Assembly (NCBI GenBank): GCA_017394405.1
Contig: JAFPYW010000060.1
Coordinates: forward strand, 1-47,957
DNA: 47,957 nucleotides
Source: Alphaproteobacteria bacterium
GTDB taxonomy: Bacteria > Pseudomonadota > Alphaproteobacteria > CAAHEQ01 > UBA3637
Direction: 5' to 3'
Shown here piece by piece: positions 16,731 to 25,187 of the stretch. The first letter of the stretch is position 1, and every line of letters begins with the position of its first letter. Made by a program: the position numbers and the translations under genes. Under the pieces are notes generated by a model. The model made no database searches. It was given only the letters and a program-made list of their open reading frames with translations, and had not been told where the DNA came from.

Positions 16731-18470
16731 TTACATCTTGTCCGGAACTTTTATGCCCAACATATCGGCGCACAATAACGCCACTTTCAATGTGTATTTT
16801 AACAGGTTCAAACGGCTGTTTTGAATCTGTTCTTTTTCGCCTTTAATCGGGCAATCATGATAGAACAAATTAAAATCCTGACACAATTTATACAGATAAT
16901 CGGCAATCACATGCGGGGCGCGATTATCATAGGCAATTTGCACATTTTCCGGGAACGTATAAAGGTTCAACAACAACTTTCGTTCGGCCGGATTTGTAAT
17001 CATTAAAGTATCATCTTTGGACGCGCCCAATTTTTCCAAAATGGATTTCATCCGCACCATCGCATACAATAAATACGGCCCAGTTTTGCCTTCGGTCGCC
17101 AACATACGATCTTCATCAAAAATATAGTTTTTGACTTTGTCGTTCATCAAATCCATAAACTTCAATGCGGCCACACCAACGGTATGTGAAATCTCGTCTT
17201 TTTCAGCATCTGTCAGGTCGCGCCCGATTTCACCGCTTTCCATTTTAGCGCGCGCTTTTTGAACGGCAGAATCTATCAGGAATCTTAAAGTCGGCACACC
17301 ACCATCGCGTGTTTTATACGGCTTATTATCTGCACCATTCACTGAGCCGAAAGGTTGATATTCCAATTTCACATTTTCTGGCACAATGCCTGTTTTCTTG
17401 GCTGTTGCAAACACCTGCGCAAAGTGCAGGCTTTGGCGTGCATCCGTAAAATACATAACAACATTTGGCTTAAACTCTTCCATACGCGCCTCCAAAGTCG
17501 CCAAATCTGTCGCCGCATACATGGCGGCCCCAGCGGAATTCACCAAAATAAGTGGCGGCGTATCGCCGTCTTGACGAATAATCCAAGCACCATCATCCAA
17601 TTCGGCCACCTTGGATTTTTTCAAACGCTCCACCATTTCGTTGCAACGATCATTGACCGTACTTTCACCCCACCACAGATCCAAATGCACATTGAGTTGT
17701 TGCATTAAATCTTGTGTATCGGCCTTGGTCAAATCCACAAATTTTTTCCACAAATCGCGCAAACCCCGGTTTCCCGCCTGCAATTCACGCGTATAGTTTT
17801 TAGCTTGTTCCATATAGGCTTCATCTTCCTTCGCTTTTGCAGAAGCCACGGGATACGCCTCAATCACATCCGCCAAAGTAAAGGGTACTTGATAGCCTTT
17901 ATCATTTTTGTAATCGGCCTTGAAATACGGCATATCCGGCCAACGTTTTTGCAGTTCGGTCAACACTAAACCCATCGGCCGCCCCCAATCGCCCAAGTGT
18001 GCATCACCGATTGTTTTATCACCGGCAAAAGTCATTATACGGCGTACAGCATCTCCAATGTTTCCGGAACGCAAATGCCCTACATGCATGACCTTACCAA
18101 CGTTCGGACCACAATAATCCAAAATCACAGTTTGTGGTTTGTCGGCACGTTCATAACCCGCCTTTTCTTGTGTTAAAATCGGAGCCGCCAGTTTTGTCAA
18201 TTCTTCATCTTTAATCTTCATATTGATAAAGCCGGGGCCTGCCACAGAAACTTCGCTAAAAAATGAATCTTTTTTAAGTTCGCCCGCAATTTTTTCCGCC
18301 ACTTCGCGTGGATTTTGATGCTGACTTTTCGCCAAGGCCAACGCGCCGTTTGCTTGATAATCGGCCAAATCTGGACGATCCGCCGCTCGCACTAGTGTTT
18401 GAGCATTATCAAAATCACACGCAGCAAACGCCTTTTCAACCTTTTCATTGACAACAGACAACAGATTCAT
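16731..18470 (-). CDS. argS: arginine--tRNA ligase
   Basis: ADYQANGA, GPGFIN, PNVGKVMHVGHLRS, GDWG, YKTRDG, GPYLLY; ATG after GGAG. Confidence 0.96.
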   Translation of the reverse strand: MNLLSVVNEKVEKAFAACDFDNAQTLVRAADRPDLADYQANGALALAKSQHQNPREVAEKIAGELKKDSFFSEVSVAGPGFINMKIKDEELTKLAAPILTQEKAGYERADKPQTVILDYCGPNVGKVMHVGHLRSGNIGDAVRRIMTFAGDKTIGDAHLGDWGRPMGLVLTELQKRWPDMPYFKADYKNDKGYQVPFTLADVIEAYPVASAKAKEDEAYMEQAKNYTRELQAGNRGLRDLWKKFVDLTKADTQDLMQQLNVHLDLWWGESTVNDRCNEMVERLKKSKVAELDDGAWIIRQDGDTPPLILVNSAGAAMYAATDLATLEARMEEFKPNVVMYFTDARQSLHFAQVFATAKKTGIVPENVKLEYQPFGSVNGADNKPYKTRDGGVPTLRFLIDSAVQKARAKMESGEIGRDLTDAEKDEISHTVGVAALKFMDLMNDKVKNYIFDEDRMLATEGKTGPYLLYAMVRMKSILEKLGASKDDTLMITNPAERKLLLNLYTFPENVQIAYDNRAPHVIADYLYKLCQDFNLFYHDCPIKGEKEQIQNSRLNLLKYTLKVALLCADMLGIKVPDKM

Positions 18471-18493
18471 TTCAAACTCCTTGATAGGAAAGC

Positions 18494-18540
18494 ATTGTAT
18501 CAAATTCCCCCTTGAAAAGCAAGCAAAAATATGTTATAAT
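18494..18540. promoter_or_regulatory. overlapping divergent sigma70 promoters for argS and gltX
   Basis: Plus strand TTGAAA-N17-TATAAT (18512-18540); minus strand TTGCTT-N17-TACAAT (18522-18494). Confidence 0.7.
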
Positions 18541-18568
18541 TTCGGCTAAATTCAAGAAAGGATTAAAA

Positions 18569-20206
18569 ATGACGCCCGAGATTTTAGATTTATTGTTTCC
18601 AAATAAGTTGCCTACCATAGCCGAGATAGAAGCAAAATATCCCCCCCGGCAATTACCAGAGGGTGCTGTTGTATCGCGTTTGGCACCCAGTCCGACTGGA
18701 TATTTACATATTGGAAACTTTTATCAAGGCTTCATGGCGGAACGTTTGGCACACCAACACAATGGCGTGTTCTTTTTACGCATAGAAGATACCGATCAAA
18801 AACGCGAAATTGAAGGTGCCGTAGAGGTTGTATTAAGAGCATTGGCACACTATGGTATTTACCCAGATGAAGGCAGCACTTTAGATGGCGAAAAAGGTGC
18901 CTATGCCCCCTATACCCAATCAAAGCGTAAAGAAATTTATCAAGCATTTGCTAAAGAATTGGTTGCTAAAGGACATGCCTATCCATGTTTTTGCACCCCA
19001 GAAGAAATAGATATGGTCCGCAAAATCCAAAGCAAACAAGGCTTACGTACGGGTTATTATGGTCACTATGCAAAATGTCGTAGCTTGACAGATGATGAAA
19101 TACTGGCAAATTTGAAAGCCGGCAAACCTTTCTGTATTCGTTTAAAATCAACCGGCGACTATTCAAAACGTATCGTTGTGGATGATTTGTTCAAAGGCAA
19201 GGTATCATTGCCCGAATACGACATTGACGTCGTAATTATCAAGGCCAACGATGGTTTGCCAACCTATCACTTTGCCCATTTAATTGACGATCATTTAATG
19301 CAAACAACCCACGTCATCCGTGGCGAAGATTGGCTATCTTCTGTTCCTTTACATATTCAATTATTCAACTTGATGGGATGGCCTGTTCCCCAATATGGAC
19401 ATCATGCCCTGTTACAAAAATTAGGAGAGGATGGTAAGCGTCGCAAGATTTCCAAACGTTTAGATCCAGAAGCAAACATTGCCTACTTTGCGGACCATGG
19501 TTATCCGCAAGATGCTATTTTGGAATACCTGCTCAATTTAATGAACGCCAGTTTTGAAGATTGGCGCAAGCAAAATCCAACCATTCCTGTTTTGGATTTC
19601 CCAATGGATATTCACAAAATCTCAAATACTGCCGGGGCTTTGTTTGATATGGTGAAATTGAACAGCATTGCCCGCGAAGTGGTAGCACGCATGACAGCTG
19701 AAGAAGTATACAATAAAGTGCTGACATGGGCAAAAGAATACAAGCCTGAGTATGCTACATTATTGGAAAACAATCGTGAAAAATGCATTGCTATTTTCAA
19801 CATTGAACGCGGTATTGGTGCCAAGTCCCGCAAAGATTTATTTAAGTGGGAAGATGCTGAACACGAAACAGAATTCTTCTTTAATCGTCCGGCCTATGAT
19901 GAAGCCTTGTTGGCTCCAATGACACATGCCGACATTCAAAAGGTGGCAGCCGATTTTGCGGCGATTTATGATCCTGCGGATGACAACCAAGCGTGGTTTG
20001 CGAAAGTCAAACAAGTGGCCGAACAAAATGGTTTTGCAACCGATATGAAGGCATACAAAGCCGATCCATCTGGATTTAAGGGTTCTGTCGCTGATGTGGC
20101 AAAGATCTTCCGTGTGGCGATTACGGGACGCGTGCAAAGTCCAGATTTGTGCTCTATTATGAAGATCTTGGGTAAAGACGAAGTGGCTGAAAGGTTGAAA
20201 ATATAA
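18569..20206 (+). CDS. gltX: glutamate--tRNA ligase
   Basis: RLAPSPTGYLHIG, LRIEDTD, AYPCFC, PTYHFAHLIDD, HVIRGEDW, KISKR. Confidence 0.95.
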   Translation: MTPEILDLLFPNKLPTIAEIEAKYPPRQLPEGAVVSRLAPSPTGYLHIGNFYQGFMAERLAHQHNGVFFLRIEDTDQKREIEGAVEVVLRALAHYGIYPDEGSTLDGEKGAYAPYTQSKRKEIYQAFAKELVAKGHAYPCFCTPEEIDMVRKIQSKQGLRTGYYGHYAKCRSLTDDEILANLKAGKPFCIRLKSTGDYSKRIVVDDLFKGKVSLPEYDIDVVIIKANDGLPTYHFAHLIDDHLMQTTHVIRGEDWLSSVPLHIQLFNLMGWPVPQYGHHALLQKLGEDGKRRKISKRLDPEANIAYFADHGYPQDAILEYLLNLMNASFEDWRKQNPTIPVLDFPMDIHKISNTAGALFDMVKLNSIAREVVARMTAEEVYNKVLTWAKEYKPEYATLLENNREKCIAIFNIERGIGAKSRKDLFKWEDAEHETEFFFNRPAYDEALLAPMTHADIQKVAADFAAIYDPADDNQAWFAKVKQVAEQNGFATDMKAYKADPSGFKGSVADVAKIFRVAITGRVQSPDLCSIMKILGKDEVAERLKI

Positions 20207-20403
20207 TGGCAGACGATCGTTTAACGGAAATTGAACGGCACATGGCCGATTTGGAAAAGCAGGTAGATGATTTGAACACTGTCGTCATTCAACAAGGCAA
20301 GAAGATTGACCGCTTGGAAAAAGATTATCGCGCCTTGCGTGACAGCGTGGATGCTTCTTTGGTCAAACCCCAATCAGAAGAAACACCGCCACCACATTAT
20401 TGA
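20206..20403 (+). CDS. slyX: SlyX family protein
   Basis: 65-aa coiled coil RLTEIE...DDLN...QQ ending in EETPPPHY. Confidence 0.9.
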   Translation: MADDRLTEIERHMADLEKQVDDLNTVVIQQGKKIDRLEKDYRALRDSVDASLVKPQSEETPPPHY

Positions 20404-20453
20404 TTGTGGCAGCGGTATTTTTACGATTTTTCAACAAAGATTATAAATCTTTA

Positions 20454-20927
20454 TTAGCGACTTTTTGCTTGGCGGACAGCAGCCACTTTAACGGCCGCTT
20501 TTTTCTTTGCCGGTTCGCGTAATCCCAAACGATTTTCCAATTCAGAAACACACATTTCCGTTTCAAAGGTCAAGTTATCCAACAAATCTGCACGATGCAA
20601 TAAACTCAACTGCAAATCGCCATTACGGCAAGTTTTCATCCTCGCTTCTGCATTGGTCAATTCTCTTTTGTATAAAGCCAAGCGTTCGCGTTCGTTTTCC
20701 AATTCCAACATATCCATCTTGCGCTGATATGTATTGATTTGGCTTTGCAAGCGTTTTACACGAGATGTATCACCCGCCTTTTGAGCGTCCTTAATTTCTT
20801 CTCTGATTTCATCCACACGGGCACTCATCAGGGCTTGTTTTCCTTCACGATTACGTTGTTTTTCTTCAAAATTAGCCGGCTTTGTGGTAAAAAACCCGGG
20901 CAAATCGTCAACTCTTCTCTTAACCAT
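20454..20927 (-). CDS. hypothetical coiled-coil protein
   Basis: 157-aa ORF with AGGAGG RBS and own promoter TTGACA-N16-TACAAT (20990-20963). Confidence 0.75.
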   Translation of the reverse strand: MVKRRVDDLPGFFTTKPANFEEKQRNREGKQALMSARVDEIREEIKDAQKAGDTSRVKRLQSQINTYQRKMDMLELENERERLALYKRELTNAEARMKTCRNGDLQLSLLHRADLLDNLTFETEMCVSELENRLGLREPAKKKAAVKVAAVRQAKSR

Positions 20928-21079
20928 CTCATCCTCCTGTAATAAACGTTGATGATGCTATAATTGTACCACAGATTTGATATCTGTCAATTAAAAATTT
21001 TACGCAGATACATTTTTTTCTTGACAATTCATTCAAAATAGATAAAAAAGAGGGAAAACACATAATAAAGGAGTTTATA

Positions 21080-21430
21080 ATGGATAAGAAAAAATGGGGA
21101 TTAAAACGTCAATGCCATAAATGCAATGCGTTCTTTTATGACATGGGCAAGAAACAATTTACCTGTCCAAAATGCGGTACCAAATACACTTTGGAAACGT
21201 ATGAACAGGCCCGGGAAAAACATTTGGCAAAAATGGCGCGTAAGGCCGCTCCCAAATTGGATGATGAAGATTTGGATGCAGAGACATTGTTAAACATGGC
21301 TGCTTCAATGCCCCTGACCGATGAAGATGATGAACCAAAGGAAACGGATTTGTTGGAGGAAGAAGAATTGACCCCCGAAGATCCGGATTTGAGCGATATT
21401 ATGGACAATTTTGAAGACGACAATGGATAA
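21080..21430 (+). CDS. FYDLN-acid domain (TIGR02300-like) zinc-ribbon protein
   Basis: WGLKRQCHKCNAFFYDMGK...CPKCG followed by an acidic tail. Confidence 0.85.
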   Translation: MDKKKWGLKRQCHKCNAFFYDMGKKQFTCPKCGTKYTLETYEQAREKHLAKMARKAAPKLDDEDLDAETLLNMAASMPLTDEDDEPKETDLLEEEELTPEDPDLSDIMDNFEDDNG

Positions 21431-21995
21431 AAACGTCGCCTTTCAATCTTTCGCCGGTCAATTTTTAATTGCCACACAAACCGATAATAATTCTTTGTTC
21501 GGGCGGTGTGTTGTATTGATAACAAAACATTCTAAAACAAACGGAGCCGAAGGATATATCATCAACAAACCATTGGTTTCTATGTCTCCAGCAGAAGTTT
21601 TCAAAGACAGACCTTTTCAATTTTTGGGTGAAGATTTTCACATCTACAGCGGCGGCCCCGTTGATTTAGACCATGGAGCCGTTTTACACAGCACCGATTA
21701 TCACGCATTAGATACACATCAGGTGCTGCCTGATTTGGCTTTAACAGAAACGCAACAAATTTTAGATGATATTTCCACCCAACAATCTGGGCCCAAGCAT
21801 TTTATTGTTATGGTGGGAAAATCAGCGTGGGCTCCCAACCAACTGGAAGACGAAATCATGGGCAATATATGGATCCCAGCCCCTTTTTCTTTTGATTTAA
21901 TGTTTCATACACCGGATAACAAAAAGTGGCAAGAAGCTCTTGCCACTTTGAAAATTGATGCCAATTTGTTGGCTCAAAATGCCGGAAAGGCCTAG
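21423..21995 (+). CDS. YqgE/AlgH (DUF179) family protein
   Basis: GQFLIA, F.R.VVL, GYIINKP, GGPV, G.SAWAPNQLEDEI..N.W. Confidence 0.88.
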   Translation: MDKNVAFQSFAGQFLIATQTDNNSLFGRCVVLITKHSKTNGAEGYIINKPLVSMSPAEVFKDRPFQFLGEDFHIYSGGPVDLDHGAVLHSTDYHALDTHQVLPDLALTETQQILDDISTQQSGPKHFIVMVGKSAWAPNQLEDEIMGNIWIPAPFSFDLMFHTPDNKKWQEALATLKIDANLLAQNAGKA

Positions 21996-22558
21996 CCTTT
22001 CGCACGTTCCACATAAGAATTATCTTCCGTGGAAACAACAATTTTTTCACCCTGAGCAATAAATGGCGGTACCGTTGTGCGAATACCATTTTCCAATGTT
22101 GCAGACTTAAAGGATGTTGTCACCGTCGCACCTTTGATACATGGCTCTGTTTCTGTCACAGTCAATGTCACGTGAGGTGGCAAATTGACGGAAACGGGCT
22201 TGCCCTCAATGAAATTCACGGTCACAGCCATATTATCTTGCAAGAACAAAGCACGATCACCCATCATTTCGGCGGGAATTTCAAATTGATCGTATGTTTC
22301 TGTATTCATAAAGCACAAATTGTCGCCATCACGATACAAATATGTGCAATCAAATTCTTCACTCATCAACTTTTCAACTGTATCTGCTGTGCGCCAACGT
22401 TGTTCTGTCTTTAATCCTGTTTTCACGTCACGCATTTCAACTTGAATAAAGGCGCCACCTTTTCCCGGTGTAATAATGTTGATTTTTGTAACCAGATATT
22501 GTTTGCCGTTAAAGTCAATGACCCATCCCGGACGCATTTGGTTTGCTTGTTGCTTCAT
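21992..22558 (-). CDS. efp: elongation factor P
   Basis: TPGKGGAF (modifiable Lys), YLYRDG, KGATV, LENG...VPPFI. Confidence 0.97.
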   Translation of the reverse strand: MKQQANQMRPGWVIDFNGKQYLVTKINIITPGKGGAFIQVEMRDVKTGLKTEQRWRTADTVEKLMSEEFDCTYLYRDGDNLCFMNTETYDQFEIPAEMMGDRALFLQDNMAVTVNFIEGKPVSVNLPPHVTLTVTETEPCIKGATVTTSFKSATLENGIRTTVPPFIAQGEKIVVSTEDNSYVERAKG

Positions 22559-22624
22559 CTTTTAATCCTTTCCTTGAAAAAATTGAATAAATGGAGTATA
22601 CTAGATTTATAAAGGAAAGTCAAG

Positions 22625-23599
22625 ATGAAATGGTGGAAACCCGATTTATACCTAAAAAATACGCCCTATCGCAACATTCGGCGACAGGTGATTCATACCA
22701 TCCGCAACCACTTTGATTCGGTGGGTTTGAACGAAGTAGATGTGCCGGTGTTGCAACCTGCCCCATCCGATGAAGTGCATTTGAAATGTTTTCAAACAGG
22801 GGACATGTATTTGCACACAAGCCCGGAATTGGCCATGAAAAAGTTATTGGTCGCGGGCGAAACTGCCATTTATACCTTGTGCCATGCCTATCGTGACGAG
22901 CCCGTTTCCGACACGCATGCGCCCGAATTTTTAATGTTAGAATGGTACAGAACTGGCACAAATTATCACGCGATGATGGATGATACAATCAACCTTGTGC
23001 GCGCCTGTTGTGATGCCTGCGGGGTCAAAGAATTAAAGCATAACGGACGCACCGCGGATCCGTTTCAAGAATGGGAAATTTTAACCGTTGAAGATGCGTT
23101 CAAGCGTTATGCCAACGTGAACTTATGGGCGGATGATTTACGTGCAGAAGCCGAAGCAAATGGCGTTCCCTGCGGTGAAAACGACACTTGGGAAGACGTG
23201 TTTTTCCGCATTATGCTGAATAAAGTGGAAGATCATTTGGGCGATGGAAAACCAACCATTTTATGTGAATACCCGACTGAGCTCGGTGCCCTGGCCCGCA
23301 AAAAGCCGGACAATCCAAAGGTATGCGAACGCTTTGAAGCATATGTATGCGGTGTAGAATTGTGCAACGCTTTTTCAGAACTGACCGATCCCGTGGAACA
23401 ACGCGAACGCTTCAATTTTAACTATGCCGAACGTAAACGCCTGTATGGCTGGAACGATCCGATGGATGAAGATTTCTTGTCCGCCCTGGAATACGGCATG
23501 CCGGATGCCAGCGGGAACGCCTTGGGCGTAGATCGGTTGATTATGTTGATTGCCGACGCGGAAAAATTGGCCGATACCGTTTGGGTTCCCGTGAAATAA
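22625..23599 (+). CDS. epmA: EF-P lysine aminoacylase EpmA (GenX)
   Basis: YLHTSPELAMKKLL, HAPEFLMLEWYR, ERFE, ELCNAFSELTDP, GMP.ASGNALGVDRL; divergent from efp; no anticodon-binding domain. Confidence 0.93.
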   Translation: MKWWKPDLYLKNTPYRNIRRQVIHTIRNHFDSVGLNEVDVPVLQPAPSDEVHLKCFQTGDMYLHTSPELAMKKLLVAGETAIYTLCHAYRDEPVSDTHAPEFLMLEWYRTGTNYHAMMDDTINLVRACCDACGVKELKHNGRTADPFQEWEILTVEDAFKRYANVNLWADDLRAEAEANGVPCGENDTWEDVFFRIMLNKVEDHLGDGKPTILCEYPTELGALARKKPDNPKVCERFEAYVCGVELCNAFSELTDPVEQRERFNFNYAERKRLYGWNDPMDEDFLSALEYGMPDASGNALGVDRLIMLIADAEKLADTVWVPVK

Positions 23600-23602
23600 A
23601 TC

Positions 23603-23631
23603 TTGACACCCCTCGACAAAAATGCTATAAT
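23603..23631 (+). promoter_or_regulatory. consensus sigma70 promoter of tRNA-Ala
   Basis: TTGACA-N17-TATAAT followed by GC-rich discriminator GCGCCC. Confidence 0.85.
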
Positions 23632-23645
23632 GCGCCCATTCGCTT

Positions 23646-23721
23646 GGGGATATAGCTCAGTTGGTAGAGCGACGCGTTCGCAATGCGTAGGTCAGGGGTT
23701 CGAATCCCCTTATCTCCACCA
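23646..23721 (+). tRNA. tRNA-Ala(CGC)
   Basis: 76-nt cloverleaf, G3:U70, anticodon arm ACGCG-TTCGCAA-TGCGT, TTCGAAT T-loop, encoded CCA. Confidence 0.97.
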
Positions 23722-23737
23722 AATTTATTTCACCGTA

Positions 23738-24190
23738 TTAGATATCCCTTCCCTTAGCATCAAATCCTAAGTTTTTATTTGTCAAACGCATTAGTGTTTC
23801 AGCAAATACAGGAACACGACTTTTCGTAACGAGTCCAAGACGATTACGGAATGAACATTCCCCAGTTAAATAATTTTTAGAAAATACTTCGTTAAACGTA
23901 TTCACATAAGAACGTTCACAAACCCGATCTGTTGCTATATCACGACGTTCCTCAAACATCTTCAGTTTCATTTTTTGACCAAATTCACATTCAAAATTTT
24001 CTTGCGGTTCTGCAAACACAGTCCTTGTTGAACGTCTTAATCCACTTGCTGTTCCATACACTCTGGTAAACACAGTTGCAAAATACTTGCCATTTATATA
24101 GCGATCATAAATTTGCCGTATAACATCGCCTTTTTTATTTGTTGTCTGGCTTACCATTCTTATTTCTTCTTTATTATCCATTGTATACAT
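23738..24190 (-). CDS. hypothetical protein
   Basis: 150-aa AT-rich ORF with GGAG RBS, convergent on tRNA-Ala. Confidence 0.65.
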   Translation of the reverse strand: MYTMDNKEEIRMVSQTTNKKGDVIRQIYDRYINGKYFATVFTRVYGTASGLRRSTRTVFAEPQENFECEFGQKMKLKMFEERRDIATDRVCERSYVNTFNEVFSKNYLTGECSFRNRLGLVTKSRVPVFAETLMRLTNKNLGFDAKGRDI

Positions 24191-24279
24191 TCTCCATTAA
24201 AAAAATGAAGTTGCATTTTAACACAAATTCACGCATTTGTCAAATCACCAATTTATTGGCCTGCCCATGCGGGCATTTT

Positions 24280-24612
24280 TTATTCTTTTTCAATCTCTAT
24301 GCCCACAACACCGTATTGTTTTTGTTTGTCTGCAGGATAAAATTGTTCCATAATTTGCACCAATTCCGCCGCATCATGAAAACCACACAATTCCGGCTTA
24401 ACAATATCACATAAAGCACGAAAATCAGGCGCCCGATGCAAAGCCACCACCCGCGCCATAAAGGTATCTGCGGCATCTGACAAATCTGAAAACTGAATTT
24501 CATCGCCCACTTTGATTTGTTGGCGTTTTTCATCATACAAACGCAACTCCACACGCTTCGTTCCCTGCTTCAACAGGTGATAGTATTTTGTTTGAACCTT
24601 CATCGTGTGCAT
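24280..24612 (-). CDS. ASCH domain protein
   Basis: GTKRVELRLYDEKRQQIKVGDEI (GxKxxExR motif), C-terminal YGVVGIEI; AAGGAG RBS. Confidence 0.88.
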   Translation of the reverse strand: MHTMKVQTKYYHLLKQGTKRVELRLYDEKRQQIKVGDEIQFSDLSDAADTFMARVVALHRAPDFRALCDIVKPELCGFHDAAELVQIMEQFYPADKQKQYGVVGIEIEKE

Positions 24613-24674
24613 TTTTTCTCCTTGCAAATTATTGAAAAATCTGATATAGTAATTTTACAAAAGGATTGGTAAAA

Positions 24675-25187
24675 ATGCAAATAAAAAACTACGTCACATA
24701 CCAAGACGAACAAAAAGTTTTATATCAGCAAGTCTTGGTCATGTCTGCAACAATTGAAACCATCTATCCCGATTATATCGATTGGTATCAAAAGGTGTTT
24801 TTGACCGGATTAAAAAGGGGCGAACGCGCCTTGATTGTCGCCACAAACAGAAAGCATTTGGTCGGGTGCGCTTTGGTTAAAAAGACGCCTGATGAATCAA
24901 AAATTTGCACATTGTTTGTTCATCCAGATCACCGGGGCAAAGGCATTGGCACCCAGCTGATGAAGGCCTCTTTGGCTTATTTGGGGCCCCATCCATTGCT
25001 GACCGTTTCAGAACAAAACTTGGCCCAATTCCAACCCCTGTTGAACAAGTTTAATTTCCATTTGGATGGTCAAGCAAAACGCGGCAAACACACAGAGTAT
25101 TATTTCAATGATCGCAAACGGCACCTGATTAAAACAGGGCTGATTCCCGTGTTGTTACAACGCATCAAACAATTGACTCAAAAATAA
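24675..25187 (+). CDS. GNAT family N-acetyltransferase
   Basis: KICTLFVHPDHRGKGIGTQL acetyl-CoA motif A; YPDYIDW and PLLTVSE. Confidence 0.85.
   Translation: MQIKNYVTYQDEQKVLYQQVLVMSATIETIYPDYIDWYQKVFLTGLKRGERALIVATNRKHLVGCALVKKTPDESKICTLFVHPDHRGKGIGTQLMKASLAYLGPHPLLTVSEQNLAQFQPLLNKFNFHLDGQAKRGKHTEYYFNDRKRHLIKTGLIPVLLQRIKQLTQK

Noticed and set aside
18471-18568. T-box leaders for argS or gltX
   Set aside because: The 98-nt intergenic region is filled by two overlapping promoters and has no T-box motifs.
22625-23599. Lysyl-tRNA synthetase
   Set aside because: It lacks the anticodon-binding OB domain; size, motifs and position next to efp indicate EpmA.
23646-24190. Integrative element at tRNA-Ala (likewise at tRNA-Phe)
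   Set aside because: AT-rich orphan genes are adjacent, but I found no integrase and no duplicated tRNA 3' end.
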